Of a DNA stretch of 59,066 bases, positions 10,900-24,490 are shown piece by piece. This DNA is from Hydrolagus affinis (taxonomy: Eukaryota): positions 1 to 59,066 of the forward strand of contig JAAILG010001998.1 in the NCBI GenBank assembly GCA_012026655.1, read 5' to 3'. Both the position numbers and the translations under genes were made by a program. Positions within the stretch are counted from its first letter, which is position 1; every line of letters begins with the position of its first letter. The notes beneath the pieces were generated by a model. The model was not told the DNA's origin, did not search any database, and was given only the letters and a program-made list of their open reading frames with translations.

Positions 10900-11705
10900 C
10901 AGTTTGTTCACCTCAGTATTCAAGCCACCGTAACATTTTCATACACTCTTTCAAATTGTCAAAGATAAAAGATAGGCTCTGTCTGTCTGCTTCAGTAAAC
11001 TGGCTATCTGATTGTTCAGGATAACGATCATTGATTGCAGTCACTACAGCTCCCTCCTCCGCTTCAAAACGCATTACAAACACCCCCTCTGCTACCAACC
11101 TGTACAATACACAGTGTGCTAGGCCATGGGCTTCCCGGGCTGATTCCTCGACGCTGCTGCTGTGGCCAAAGTGGGCTGTGGTTAGGTATGTGCGGCGCAG
11201 GGAGGGTTGGGGTCCTGGAAGAGGTGCGGGCGAAACAATTGACCTTGTTTGGTGTCCACGGCGTAATCTGAGCTCCTGCGGCCAATTCTTGGAAAGTGCT
11301 GTTTTCAGAGCACATGGGTACATTGTTCATTTTGATTTAGTGACGTTGACAAGTGTTGTAAACATGCCACCATGGAAGGAGTTGTCATTACGTGAAAGAG
11401 TGGACTTAATCAAAAACAGCGAAGGCTGTGATCTATGGCAATGGCAGAACATAGATTGGATGTGTTCTCAAAAGGTAGGCTGAATACATTACAGTTTTTG
11501 TTTTTACATTTAACAATTATTTCAATGAGATTGCAAAATATGGTTGTTGAACATTCATCTCCATTTCCCATTACCGATGCCCGTAACATTACATCAGTGA
11601 CTCAGTGACCTGAATCATCCCACCTTTTTCAGTAATCGGATCACCTCACTAAGTAGGTCAGTTTTGCCCAGTCCCTCGAGTGACTGAATTAATGAGGGTC
11701 TACTG
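10900..11705 (+). mobile_element. Tigger/pogo-family deletion derivative
   Basis: TA|CAGT...ACTG|TA ends with degenerate TIRs. The internal peptide MPPWKELSLRERVDLIKNSEG (11364 onward) resembles the N-terminal psq/CENP-B HTH of Tigger transposases. CpG-rich interior. Confidence 0.7.
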
Positions 11706-11756
11706 TATTTACAATTAAAATATTTTTCTAAATGCGTCTTCTCATTTTTTTTTCAG

Positions 11757-11937
11757 CCACAGAGAAGAAGCCTGCTTTTGTGGGCCTTGGTCTATGCTAC
11801 GCACTCTTGTCAAGTGTATTCTTTTCAGTTGTTTCACTTTTGGCAAAGAAAATAGAAGGAATCCATTCTGTTGAAATTAGTGGATTCCGATGTTTTTTTC
11901 AAGGGCTGTTTATATGTCCTTTGATTATATACAATGA
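11757..11937 (+). CDS. SLC35G1: SLC35G1 coding exon 2 (first EamA repeat)
   Basis: Acceptor TTTTTTTTCAG|, donor GA|GTAAGT, 181 nt. Encodes GLGLCYALLSSVFFSVVSLLAKKIEGIHSVEISGFRCFFQ, typical of SLC35G1. Confidence 0.95.
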
Positions 11938-13146
11938 GTAAGTACAAAATAAATATACATAGTTAACTTTTGATAATTATTTAATTTTAGTTATTTATAT
12001 AAATGTATGTTCCTTAGTTACTAAACTTAAGCAAGACCATATATAAAATAACTTGTATATGTTTAGTAGTTTTGTATGAGATATATTATGAAGTGCACTG
12101 TTAGATTTATATAATAACTATTGTAAGAAACCTGAATTTATATTTACTCAATCATTTTAATAAGATGTTGCTTGATTTTGTAACGTATTGTTCTTTGCCT
12201 TTTACTGTAATTATTGGACTAAAATGAAGTTGCACGTATTTGTCTTTCTGTATGGTTATTTGACTTTTTGTTGCTAAATTATGACTTTTATGTAAATATT
12301 TTTTGCAAAGTTACTTTAGATTCTAATATGGTTGAGATTTTACTAAAGAAAAATAGATACATTTAAAAAAATTAATTAATTAAAAAGTTATGTTGCATTG
12401 TTTCTAAATCCTGCGAAAGGGTTTAACTTGAATATACTGTACCATGGTTCCTTTTAACATGTAGTAAATGGGTAAATACACTACATAGTGCGGTATTCTA
12501 TTACGGGTTGGGATGTCCCTGTTATGATTTATGGGCTGTAAGTTTTTTGTTCAATTCGAACAGAGATGGAGACAATAAAACTAACCACTTTGTTGCTGAA
12601 CAAGGGAGGGGAGCACAATTAAACCAGTGATTCCTGTGGATACCTATGGTATACGAAGATCACAAGATTAGTTTGGATGGAAAGGCCCTTCGGCCTAATT
12701 GATATTATCCTTCTATAATATAATAAAATCATAATAATGTAGAATATTGCAGCACAGAAGGAAGCCATTCAGCCCATAGAGCCAGTGACAGGTCTCCCAT
12801 CAGTCCCACTCTCCTGCTCTGTCCACTGTACTATCCTCCCATCATAGCATGATTTTTTTTTAATGAATCCACACTGATGCCCACATACAGTAGTTCCATT
12901 AAAAACAAGATTTGATTCATCCATTCAGCAATCGATGGGTAGAAATTTGAAGATCTGGTAGCTTTTAGCTTTTAAAATCTGAGTGCAATTCTGTTTTGAT
13001 AGGTTTTGAACTCATTTTATCATCTACTTCGTGAAAGAGAAATCAAGTCTTTTAATCTGTCTACAATATTAACATCTCATTTATAAATATTGTCAGATTG
13101 TAGTGACCACCATCTGATATGGAAACCATTTTATAGCCAGTAACAG

Positions 13147-13360
13147 ATAATAATAATAATAATAATAATCCTTGCATTTGGTATAGTGTTTTTCATGTCT
13201 TCTAGACATCTCAAGTGCTTCACAGGATATATCTGAAGTGAATTGACTGTATATTTTGTGGGTGAAACATGGGAGCCAATTGCACACAGCAGTGTCCCAC
13301 AAACAATCATGGATTGAAACGAGCAATTTACTATTTTGTTTCAAGAGATTATTATTGGGT
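13147..13360 (-). mobile_element. SINE, headless copy
   Basis: (AAT)n + CCTTGCATTTG...CCAATTGCACACAGCAGTGTCCCACAAAC, the same family as 26901-27211. Confidence 0.85.
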
Positions 13361-13451
13361 GTCATTATTTACAAAATCAATCCTCTTTTGAAAAGTAGAA
13401 ATACAAAATGCTTGTTGGCTTTTGGTATTCTTACACCTGTTATATTACATG

Positions 13452-14143
13452 CAGTAGAAGCCCGTTTATCTGGCACCGCAGGACCTGGCCAATGCCGGTT
13501 AAAGCGCCTACAGGATATTCGGGCGGCCCACGGCCAAAAACCCACTCCAAAAAAATTAAAGTTCTTTTTAACACACATCATACACACCAGACTAAATAAT
13601 AACATAATAACAGAATATTATATTGGTACTTATTGTTAAAACTACTCTCTTATGCTTCTCACCTTCACTGATTGAGGTTTACAGTCCAGCGATTCTTTTT
13701 AAAATGGAGCCAAGCGGGTGAAAAAAACAGCAGCGCGATTTTAAAGTCGCTCAACTTTACTAGCTGCAAGCCGAAGCCCTAGACACTACTTGTAGCAAAG
13801 CAAAATACTGCACCTGCGCAACAATGTGGGTTATCAGCTTGCCGCTAGTATGACTTTAAAATTATACGTGCTCCATTTTAAAACGAATCGCTGGACTATA
13901 AACCTCAACTGCAGCATGATGGCTTCAAGCGCAGCATCTACCAGCAAAGGTAAAAGGCGCAAGAGAGTAGTTTTAACAATAAGTACCAATACAATATTCT
14001 GTTATGTTATTATTTATGCATTTACAAATGCTCCACTGCTATTGTTCCGGATAAGTTCCGGTTTATCGAATGCGGACTTTTTTGGTGTGCCGGTTATACG
14101 GAAGTGCCGGGGCATCGAGTCATGGATAAACGGGCTTCTACTG
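13452..14143 (+). mobile_element. Tigger/pogo non-autonomous element with intact TIRs
   Basis: TIRs CAGTAGAAGCCCGTTTATC / GATAAACGGGCTTCTACTG|TA. Internal truncated transposase start MASSAASTSKGKRRKRVVLTI (~13919-13981). Confidence 0.9.
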
Positions 14144-15702
14144 TATTTGGTTACTTTGGCTTGCTGATGCTTTCTCAGAAAATAGTAGGCTATAGTAAAC
14201 TCTTTTCAAACTATCTGCAGAGTTGGATTTTGTCTTGGATCTGCAATATCTAGGCCTATATCAGCAGAAGATATTATGTTCATGCATGTATTGAATTCCA
14301 ATGATATGTATATGTGGTGGTGGGAGGGGGGAGGGGGAGGGAATCAGAAGGGGAAATCTTATTTATTTGACAAACAAAATGTTCTTCTTTTATTTACCAC
14401 AAGCTAATGACTACAGTGTGAGTATTGAATCAAAGGAAGAAAGGTCTAAGATAATATCCTTGAGTTTGCTGATCTCAGCATTGGCGAAGATGGAGATAAA
14501 TTTGGATTATTTTGAGAACTGAGTGGATTTTGGCTGTCATATCCCCACTGATATCAATGAGGCTCACACATGAAGAGGCATTGAATGGTTGTCAGCACTC
14601 GTGAATCCATGCTTCAAGGTCAGATAACATCTTTGGGAATTTGAGACAAAAGCAAAATCTGAAAAAAAAGAACATCTGGAATTTGGGGTAAAAATAAGTA
14701 TTTAAGACTACAGCAATCAGCTGTTTCCTTGTAATTACGATATGAAGACTAATTGTAGAAGGGTCTTACATTTGAAAATCTTTATTTAAAAAATATAAAA
14801 ACTGTTAAATTCCATTCACCAATCTCTGTTCCAATGAAAATGGCCCCAATATTTTTTTTCAGCCAGTATATACTGGTAAACTAATCCTCAAATTGCTGAA
14901 CATATACCCTTTCCGAGGCTCTGTTTCCCTTTATACAATGGGCCACTGAACTACTCTATTTGCAATATTCTATCTGGGATTTGCAAAAAAAATCTTTACC
15001 CCACCCCCCACTATCAAAACCATGTAAAATCCCATTGAATGCCATATCAAATGCAAGGATTATTATTTGTCTTTTTGTGACCTTTTCTTGTACGTTCACA
15101 TTTATAGATTTGTTTATTTTGCCCCTTGTTTGATCCATAATCAAGTTTTTATTCTTAAATTTCTAGACCTTAGCTTCCATTATTCCTAACCATTTTAGTA
15201 TCTGAACAAGTAGTGGTGATTACATCTATTAAAGCAATTAACAGAGCAATTACCCAGGGTCTTCCTTGTATCTTCCTTGATGTCATGCTGGGTAATCATA
15301 TCTCATTAGTTTTTAATTACATGTAATATCCTTTTTATATTGTTTTAGTATTCACATGTTGTAAATATAAGTGAATGAATATTGTAGAATTTGCTAAGCT
15401 TAACCTTCTGAAAGCTATATGAATATTTTTAAATAAATCCATGAAAATAAAAGTTCCACAAGTAAACTTTTAATGTTCCCTTCTATTTAAATAAATTATA
15501 TATCTTTTTCTTGTTTTAGGAAGCTGATTATATTGTTTAAAATAATTTATGCATGCAACTTTAAGCTAGTGATTTAAATTGAACTATTTTGTTTTTCTGT
15601 ACCTTAATTTAAAGAATATAGAAATCTTAAGAATGAAACAGTTTTTAGATTGAGTTGGAATGCAGTAGGTCACATAAACCAGAGCATCAACATTGTTTAG
15701 AT

Positions 15703-16016
15703 CCCAACCTTTTTTTTGCTGCGACCCTAAATTGACCACTAACAGATCCTCCTCAGGTCCTTAGGGGGCAACTTCGCGACTGAAGTGAAGCTCAGCCAAG
15801 ACGATATCTCCTTCTCTTTTGTGGATTCAGCGAACTCACTAGTCTAGTCTTTCATACAAATTGGTTGGCGGTGTCGCCTCAGGCACTTTTCAGCATTAAA
15901 AAAAAAGCATTTCAGCATTAAAAAAAATCCAATCAAAATTCTGATGACCCTTTGCGACCCCACTGAGGACCCCTGCGATCCTGATTATGGTCAGGACCTG
16001 AGGTTGGGAACCACTG
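15703..16016. mobile_element. hAT-Charlie-like MITE
   Basis: Right end AGGTTGGGAACCACTG, left end remnant CCCAACCT, GCGACCC subterminal motifs. Flanks GTTTAGAT / GTTTAGTT match as a TSD at 7 of 8 positions. Confidence 0.7.
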
Positions 16017-16749
16017 GTTTAGTTCCTTACATTTGATGTAGTACCATTCAATTTGGGAGAACGTTTCAAAACGCTTCACAGGATGCACTGTAACCTGGAG
16101 AAACTATATTTTTCTGGGTAGTGTCTGATAACAATTTGAGAATCCACTTTATTATTAAGCCTAATTGCTATTTTTAAAAGTTGATTTGGACTTCAAGAAA
16201 GTTTTGAAAAAGTGCATTTGCTATAAAAATGAATTGGTGCAATGTATGTATTCTTTGTTCAAATCTATTGTGTCAAAATAGTCACTGTTTGTAGCTTTTT
16301 AAAAATAAAATATTGTTGCTTTCCCAAATGTTTGATATTGTACACCCTTTATACAAATTTTAAAAATGGTGGATCATCAAATTGGTAATACAGTTTGAAC
16401 CAGCATCAAATCTTTTCTAATTTACAAGAGTATCACCCTGGTCATCAATTTGCACAATTTGAGAGCCATCAATGACGATCTCTGATCCTATTGAAAACTA
16501 AATTAGTGATCTTAGTTTCATACTCTTGAACTTCCATTCAGATCCCATTGAAATGCATCCAAAGAGGACTTAGGGTATACGGTACAAATATTAGTAGTGC
16601 TAAATAAACCTTAAAAAAAGGAAATGAGTACAGTATTTTAAAAATGTTCATTTGAAAAAAAGTCAAAGGAAGTAAGGTATGTGAAAAGGGTTTACAAACT
16701 TTTGTTTTCATTTAATTTTAGTTTGAATCATTTTCAAATTGCTTTCCAG

Positions 16750-17497
16750 AATAAGCTTTTTTGGACCAAAGGAACAGAGATGTTATCTTTTAATCCGAGG
16801 ATTTTTGGGTGCTTCAGCAGTGCTACTGCTCTTCTACGCCATTCAACATATGCCTTTGGCAGATGCCATTGTCATTGCATTTAGCAACTCAATCTTTGTT
16901 GGAATATTTGCATGGATATTTCTGAAGGAAAGATGCACTATTTGGCAACCTGCCTTCACAATTTTTATCTTAACTGGGGTGATTTTTATTGCAAGACCTC
17001 CATTTCTGTTTGGCTCTCACATTCCTGGAATTGAAGTTAACTATAAGGAACACATCAAAGGGACATTTGCTGCTTTTGGAAGTGCGTTATGTGCTGCAAT
17101 AAGTATGATTGTAATTCGAAAGATGGGGAAATCTGTTCATTGCTTTATATCTATTTGGTACTTTTCTGTTATCGGTTCCATTGAGAGTGCGATTGCGGTC
17201 TCAATAATTCAGGAATGGCGTTTTCCTTACTGTGGGAAAGATAGGGCATTTCTATTAATAATTGGTCTCTTTGGAGTCGTCGGTCAGGTACTTTTCACAA
17301 AAGCCTTACAAATCGAGAAAGCTGGACCAGCAGCACTAATGAAGACTGTGGAAGTGGTCATGGCTTTCATATTGCAATATTTTTTCCTCAGTCGCTCTCC
17401 TACTTGGTTAAGTTTGGTAGGAGCACTTTGCGTGATTGTTGGAACTTCTGGAATTATTTTTCAGAAATGGTATACTCGAAAAGAAAGTCAACAGTAA
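16750..17497 (+). CDS. SLC35G1: SLC35G1 coding exon 3 (EamA/DMT transporter, to stop codon)
   Basis: Acceptor TTTCCAG|A completes the phase-2 codon GA+A. Encodes FFGPKEQR..LLIRGFLG..YAIQHMPLADA..WIFLKE..IARPPFLFG..RKMGKSVH..TKALQIEKAGP. Spliced CDS is 352+181+748 = 1281 nt (426 aa). Confidence 0.97.
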
Positions 17498-18047
17498 CAA
17501 CTGCATGTGTGTTTTGATATGCAGTCAATTAGATTTGTGGAGAGAATCTGCTTGGATAAAATTGCTATGGTGTGAATTGATTTGGTAATTAAGCATGAAG
17601 AATTGCATTCACAAATCAAAATACATGTACCATGACAATAGATGAACAACTAGTGCTACTTACAATTATACAGGTGCTTTGAGCAGGTAGCATTTCAGAG
17701 CATAGTTTCAACAAATAAGCAACCACTTAGAAATTAGAAATGTTCTTTTGGTTCAGCTTTTTGATTTAATTGAAAACATTTGAATTTTTTTTAAATGAGA
17801 ACTAATGTTAATTTTAATAGTTTTTAATATTACAGTATATGGGTAAAACACATTTGTGATGAGATTTTGCACTAGTGCTGGCTTTCTCTCTCTTTAAAAT
17901 TCAGGGAACTGTTCTTAAACCTATTGCATATCCAAATGGGAATGCACTTTAAAATAGACACTTTTGGGGAAAATATTGATTAAGATGATACTTTGTTTAC
18001 AGAATCACTTTAATCTTTTCTGTTTAGATATCAATATATGCATATTT

Positions 18048-18053
18048 AATAAA
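18048..18053 (+). terminator. Candidate SLC35G1 polyadenylation signal
   Basis: AATAAA about 550 nt after the stop in an AU-rich 3'UTR. Other hexamers exist further downstream. Confidence 0.35.
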
Positions 18054-20809
18054 TGTTAGTGCTGAAATATTGTTCCTAAAGGTTATTATAAAAGTAGATC
18101 TATTTTATTACTAAATGTTATTTGGTCCTTTTCAGATTTTATAAAAGTGAATTGAATTAAACATTCTTTTTCTTACTCACTTTTAAAAAAAAGTATAATT
18201 GTTCATTTAAATTGAAATGTGATTGTATTTCAACTAATTTAATTTGCACAGGACTGCAATTCTGCAAATGTCCCATCAGTACATAGTATAAATACACTGA
18301 TTGTAAAAAAAAAAGTGACCAAAGTTGGGAATGCAGCTATTTTTGATGCACTTCCCTTGCAGCAACCTGATATAATGTTTGCATGTAGATATTAAATTCA
18401 GGGTTTCACCAGCTATAAAATTAGAAGATGACAAACCATCTAAAATGCATTCACGACGAAGCATTTTAAAATTTTTGAATAGGTAATATTTGGCTACACT
18501 AATGTTTTTAACTTTTTTAAACCGTTTCTGATATGCCAAAAGTATTATTGTAAACCCAAATTTGTAGTTGTAGATGTAGTTGTACTTTTTTATATCAAGT
18601 TTTCCAAGTAATATCAGTTTATAAGATCTAAAAGTAACCTGGTTAGGAGTGAATGCGATTGCAATAATACTTCCAGGCAAGAAACAATCACAAAAGGATT
18701 CTAAAATGAGGCAGAAGTTATTTTATCTTTGTGTTTAATAATAATGTTTCACACTGATGGTCTCTCTGTGTCTTCTATCAAATACTAAGAAGAAATTTTC
18801 ACTGGCTAAAATATTTACATTGTTAGGTGGGTAAAGTAGATAGCATTTACTTGTATGAACTTTTGTGTTTATTTTTGTTTCTGTTGTAAGTAAAGACAAG
18901 TGCTATTGAATAGATATCCAAAGAATAATGTCTGCTGTACCAAATATTATGTTGTGGTTTACTTGCAATGAATTATTTCTGATGCTGGCCTTCAAATTTT
19001 TTTTAATGGGTGAAAGATAAGCAGAAAAGTTGTTCCATAATTTCTTCAATCAGAAATACTTTTTTTCTTCCACTTTCTCTTTTTTTCTTATATTCCTGGG
19101 CTTTGTGCCTATTTTCCTCATTCTCTGACAACTACCATTGTTTCTCTTCAATTTTGTGTCTCCCACCGCTGGCATAATTTTTTTTAAATGTGTGGTATAA
19201 ACGGAAGGCACAACGCACTGATTATCATGTGTTGCATGTATCCAAAGGCATTCATAACAGTAATGTGTATTATATGTTCAGTTTGGTTCCATTCGACTTC
19301 ATCCATCCATCTGTATTTTTATTATTAAAAAAAAAGCCTCTAATTGACTTTGTTTACCAACAAACAGAGGACATGCGGTGGAACTCAGTTGGTTACCAAG
19401 AAAATAAACCTTTGGTAGCTTTATTGATAGTAAATTGATTAAATCCTTTGTACATTTTGTTTATGTCACAGGCTTTTTACTTTGATTTATTTTCTTGCCC
19501 CCCACCCACCTCTCTGTCTCCCTTCTCTGAACATGTTAGTTGATACCGAGATACTTTGGCAGTTTTCGTGTAACTTGCCATTTTAATGTGTGATTTACGA
19601 CAGGCTTTTCTGTTCAAATGCAGGCCAAACTTAATGTCCAACTTACCAGCAAAGGTCAAATGTGGAACCCCAGACTTGTTTATTTCTCCTTCCCACGGCT
19701 AGGGACAAAAAACAATTTACTTTAATACTCTGTCCAACAAAGCACAAACCAATGATTGAACTGTAACCTTCCTAGCCAATGTGGCTGAATACTTCTCCCT
19801 ATAGTGTATTTAGCCTTTTTAACATTTAAGAAAATATTTTCTGGTGTTGGTATGATCTTGCCATAGTAAAACGTTCTTTGTGCTCCATGTCCCTGAGCTG
19901 CTGTAATGTGATATGATACTCTGTTGGTTGATGAGTTAAGTTTAGCAGGAACTGTCATGGCATCGAACATTTGGGATGGGAAGGAAATTGCAGCCAATAT
20001 TTAATCTTTAAGAATGTAAACTTCATAAATATTTCTAATTTAATAGAAGTCGAGTGGTCTAAATACGACAGGTATCATTCTGGCTTCAATACCTGCAGCA
20101 GAGAAACTGATCTGACTGTGTCCTCACTGACCTCTAAGCCACTTTCTACTTGAGGGAGGTGGAGCTCTGCAGAAATACACTCACACCATTGTTTCACCTG
20201 CTTGGGACAATTTGCATCCTTGTAATGAACCAGCAGAAAATAACTGACAGTCTGCTGATTTAGTATTTATTATTTTGAATTGTTCTCCGTTAAACTTGAA
20301 GGTCGCAACAGAGTTTGCATCGAATTTATATTTTTTATTTGCAAGCTCTTTCATACAACATACATTATAAAAAGTGCCCCCCTCCCCCCATTAGATACAC
20401 ACATGAATGTAGTACTGTACGTGAAAATTGCCAGTTTCTTAAATAATTCACTGCTAATAAGCTAACAATGTACATGTACACAACTGAATAAATAGTTGGA
20501 AATGTTAACTTTTTAAAATATATTTCTAGTTTCAGACCCTCAATCTGAAAGCTCACATTTTAACTATTTTCAGCTGAAGTCTTTCTACCATTACATGTGC
20601 AAATAACATTTTATAAAATTATGTGTTTTTATCTATTTGCACTTTAACAAATAGATTTTTAGGCTTTTCAATACATAGAGCCTGGTTCTAATTATTGGGT
20701 TCCTGTATCAAAAGCCACTGTTTGTATATTTTTTCTGAGTAAATTTTGTAAAAAGTATTGAAACAGACTTATGTGTTTATTTTTGTTTGTTTTCTGTGTA
20801 CAACCTTTT

Positions 20810-21050
20810 CAATGCAATTTACCAATTGTAAACCACTTTTGTGACCATTTTGGTATTTATATTCTGTGTAGCCAATTGCAACACTCACATTTTAAGTAGA
20901 TAATAAAACTAATCATCCTTACAACCATGTTGCTGCTTGGTGAACCGAGGCATGTGGAGGAAGCAAACTTGTCTAAAGCTTTGCCCTGCCCAGGAATTGA
21001 ACCCAGGTCCTCTTGCTTGCAAGGCGAGTGCTCCAACCAATACATGAAAG
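20810..21050 (-). mobile_element. tRNA-head SINE, variant body
   Basis: The reverse complement has GGAGCACTCGCCTTGCAAGCAAGAGGACCTGGGTTCAATTCC (B box). The body differs from the main family. Confidence 0.7.
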
Positions 21051-21102
21051 CACTCCACTCCCTCTGGTTTTGCAACCTTGCTGGATGTTGTTTATGTAAA
21101 CA

Positions 21103-21525
21103 GTAATAATAAGTCTTGCATTTATATACAGTGCATTATCATGTTGTTAAGGCATCTCAAAGCACTTCACAGGATATACTAAATATATGTAATGGTGTCA
21201 CTGTATTTTGTTGGTGACTGTGCCAGCCAAATTGTGCACAACAAAGACCTATGGAGTTAGTGACCAATTTTATTCATAGAATTGTTTGCCAAGACACCAG
21301 GATACAGTTTCTTCTGTTTTCGAATACACAATGGGATCTTTGGCAAAAACCTGACGGGCAAACCAGACGTTGGTTTAATGTCTTGTCTGAAGAAGAGCAC
21401 CTCCAACAATTTAGTGAACCCCCAGCATTGTATTGGAGTGTCAGAATAGACTATATGGGTTTCAAGTCCTAACATGAGGCTTGAACCCACAACCTTCTGC
21501 ATCTAACTTGAAAGTGCTATCAAGT
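21103..21525 (-). mobile_element. DeuSINE/SacSINE1-like ancient SINE
   Basis: GGTTTAATGTCTTGTCTGAAG..GCACCTCCAACA..TGGAGTGTCAG..CTTGAACCCACAACCTTCTG resembles the Deu-domain SINE consensus. Other fragments at ~27570-27710, ~31700-31970 and ~36040-36510. Confidence 0.7.
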
Positions 21526-22206
21526 GAATCCTGTTGACAAATACAGGTACAATATGTATTGTTTCCAAAATGATGTGCGAGCAACATTTTTGTTGCGATT
21601 CTTTAGGATCAAGTTGCTGAGCGCAAATTAATGTTTTAAATCTGTATCCAGCATCACTCTAGATTCCACAAAACCTGCATCGTCTTGAGTGATACGAGTG
21701 TATATTTCGGAGATTATGTTTGCTTGCTGTGTCTGCTGGTATTTGGATGTAATATTCCTGCAACTAAGTAGTACTTACATTTTTAAAAATCTTTATTGAG
21801 ATGTAATTTTAATAGAGATCTTAATAGACAAATTTTCTTTAGCTATTCATCAATGTTTCCATGAGCCTACACAAGATATAAACTCTGATTGTTCGCTTAT
21901 TGCATATTCTTTGTCTGCTTCTTAAATATATGGTTATCTTGGATGATCTGGTATATGACCGAGAAATATAGTTGTAAAGGGAAATACTGCAGAGGAAGAA
22001 ACCGTTTTCTTCATGGACTTGTATCGAAACTGGCAAAACAGGTGAAACCAGTTCAGTGCAGCATTCAACAAAAGTGGGTACTATACTGTATTTGGTGCTG
22101 AACCTCAAGGCAGAATATTTAACTACTTGAAGCCATATTCTGTGTTATGGCATGTCAATAGGCTGTCAGATTCTGAACCTGCATTGTATTCAGTCACGGT
22201 CACTCG

Positions 22207-22503
22207 GTATTCTGTTGCTCAGTGGCTAGAGCACTCGCTTTCCAAGTGAGAGACATGGGTTGACTTCCAGGCAGGGCGGTTATTATCAACCTTGAGCAGC
22301 TTTAGTTACTCCACACGCCTGATAATAATCCCTCAAAAAAAATGAATTAGTGATTTCAATCCATGACTGTTTGTGGGACACTGCATCTGGCTGCTGCGTT
22401 TCGCCCACAAATATACAGTCAATTCACTTTACAGTATAATCTGTGAACACTTTGAGATGTTTGTAAAATGTGATAAGGCACTATATCAAATGCAAAGATT
22501 ATT
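22207..22503 (+). mobile_element. tRNA-head SINE, near full length
   Basis: GCTCAGTGGCTAGAGCACTCGC head, shared body, tail GGCACTATATCAAATGCAAAGATTATT. Confidence 0.88.
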
Positions 22504-23799
22504 CCTTTCATTATTTTCTGCATAAATTTTTTTTCCAATAAGATGGGATACCAATCAGAAACCTGGATGGTATATTTAACATTAGGTATTCATCTCGCAT
22601 ATTCACTTGTGATTAGCAATTGACTCAAAATGATTAAGGTCTGCTCACATTCACGTCTCTGATTTGTAACTGGTTTGGAAGACCAATCTTCTTGTGCAAA
22701 TTTGTTTTCCTCCAAAGATACTTTTTGAGAGGCCTTATGCCATTCACGGTATTAATCTTTTAATTGAATTAGATCAGAGATTCCCAAACTTTAGCAGGAC
22801 ATAATATTGCATGAGATATTTAAACACTCTCTAGATGGCGCTATTTCACATTAGTTTTTTTAAAAATGAGACTGCTTTTCCTAACATGCTTAAATATGTT
22901 TAAATATTAATAAAAGTAGCTGTTCCATTCAATTTTCTAACTAACGGGCTAGAAATAGAGCATCTCAGTCCTTTAGCTTTAATATGAGGGTATGTGCACA
23001 GCTTTACAGAAGTATTGCTAATGTTTTTAAATTATATTTTTTAAAAAGATGTAAAAATGATGTTGATGTATGTGTCCCCATGTGCAATGTTCCTTTTCTG
23101 TTAATAAAAGTAGAAGGGAAATGAGATGGTAGGAGTCCTGGATAGACCTTGCACCTCAGTTTCTGCAGCATCCTGGAAGCTAGTTCATTCAACAGTTAAA
23201 TTGCTGGAAATGCACAGCGGATACATCAGCATCTGAAAGACCGATTTCTCACAACAATCTGAAGGATGTCAAATACTAATATGACTTGAATAATTAATGG
23301 TATCAGTGAAACCACTTAATTCACACTGTAGCAATTCTTACTATCTTAAGTTTTGTAAGATGTATTATTTTATTATTAGTGTAGTAGTACTTCTTACCAT
23401 CTATCATCGGGCCTCCCATTTCTGCTGGATTTTACTAATCACCATGCCAGATACATCTGTATCTCTCTATGTAAAGTTGCAAACACTCACTGCTACTTCA
23501 CTATGTCATTCCTGGCAGCACAGTTAACAACGTGATATGTATGCACAAGGAACAGGACTATGTCCTTGGCTAAGCGAGGCCAGATTGTTTTATCAAAACT
23601 ATGTCTCCTCCCTAAGCAGCTGTTCCATAATTCAGACTTACACATCTCACCTCTAAATAAAGCTGGAGCCACAATTTTGTGACTTTTTTGGCCTGCGTTC
23701 CTCTAATGTTACTGTACTTTTGTCATTAATGTACTGTATTCGGTTTTATGTGCATACCTTTAAATCCACATATATTGAATCAGTTATGACCATTTTAAG

Positions 23800-24490
23800 T
23801 GTCTCAGAGAAGTCATTGTCCAGCTCCGACCACAACTCCCACATCCACGCTTTTGTCACTTTCCATTCATCTATTTCGAAAGCCTTCTCCACAACTCTGC
23901 TATCACCAAAATCCAAATAATTAAAAACTCCATGATCTGGCATCTTCCGACCTCTCCAACCTGCTTAGTTCCTACTAGTGCCCGGTGATATATCGGTTAT
24001 ATCGGAATAATTTTTCATATCGATATGCCGATATTGGAAATTTGAATATATCGGTATATAGAAAAATTTGGTATAAAAAAAATCAGTATATTGCAAAACA
24101 TCGGTACATAGTGTCCGGCGATATTATCGATATATGGTTATATCGGTATATAAAACTTTTTCAACATACCTTGTCGCTGGCATTGCAAACCTCCTGGGCC
24201 TAGAGCATGCATATCAGAATGCGCGCGCACCTCCGAATGCGCGCGCATACACAGGATAAAAAAACCTGGTGATATCGATATATCGGTATATATCGATACG
24301 AGCCCACCGATATATCGATATCGGAAAAATTCCATATCGATGGACCCTAGTTCCTACCTTAGTTCTTAACTTTCCCCATTTTCAGGTCATGCTTAAAGAC
24401 CATTCCCTTCTATGATGTTTATGGTCACCTTCCCCTACTTTGGTTGGCATCAGGCTCTGCCACTGCTCTGAGATGCTTTCAGTTGTTATA
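23800..24490 (+). mobile_element. Degraded L2 LINE 3' fragment, host of the hAT MITE
   Basis: Pyrimidine-rich remnant with IHAFVT (ATCCACGCTTTTGTCACT) upstream of the MITE and TTCAGGTCATGCTTAAAGACC downstream. Confidence 0.45.
23976..24349. mobile_element. Non-autonomous hAT element (MITE), copy 2, complete
   Basis: 8-bp TSD GTTCCTAC (23968-23975 and 24350-24357). Termini TAGTGCCC... / ...GGACCCTA. Reverse complement of 7925-8277. Confidence 0.93.

Noticed and set aside
16739-17497. 252-aa ORF as a single-exon or bacterial EamA gene (horizontal transfer)
   Set aside because: It has no ATG start and is exon 3 of the spliced vertebrate SLC35G1.
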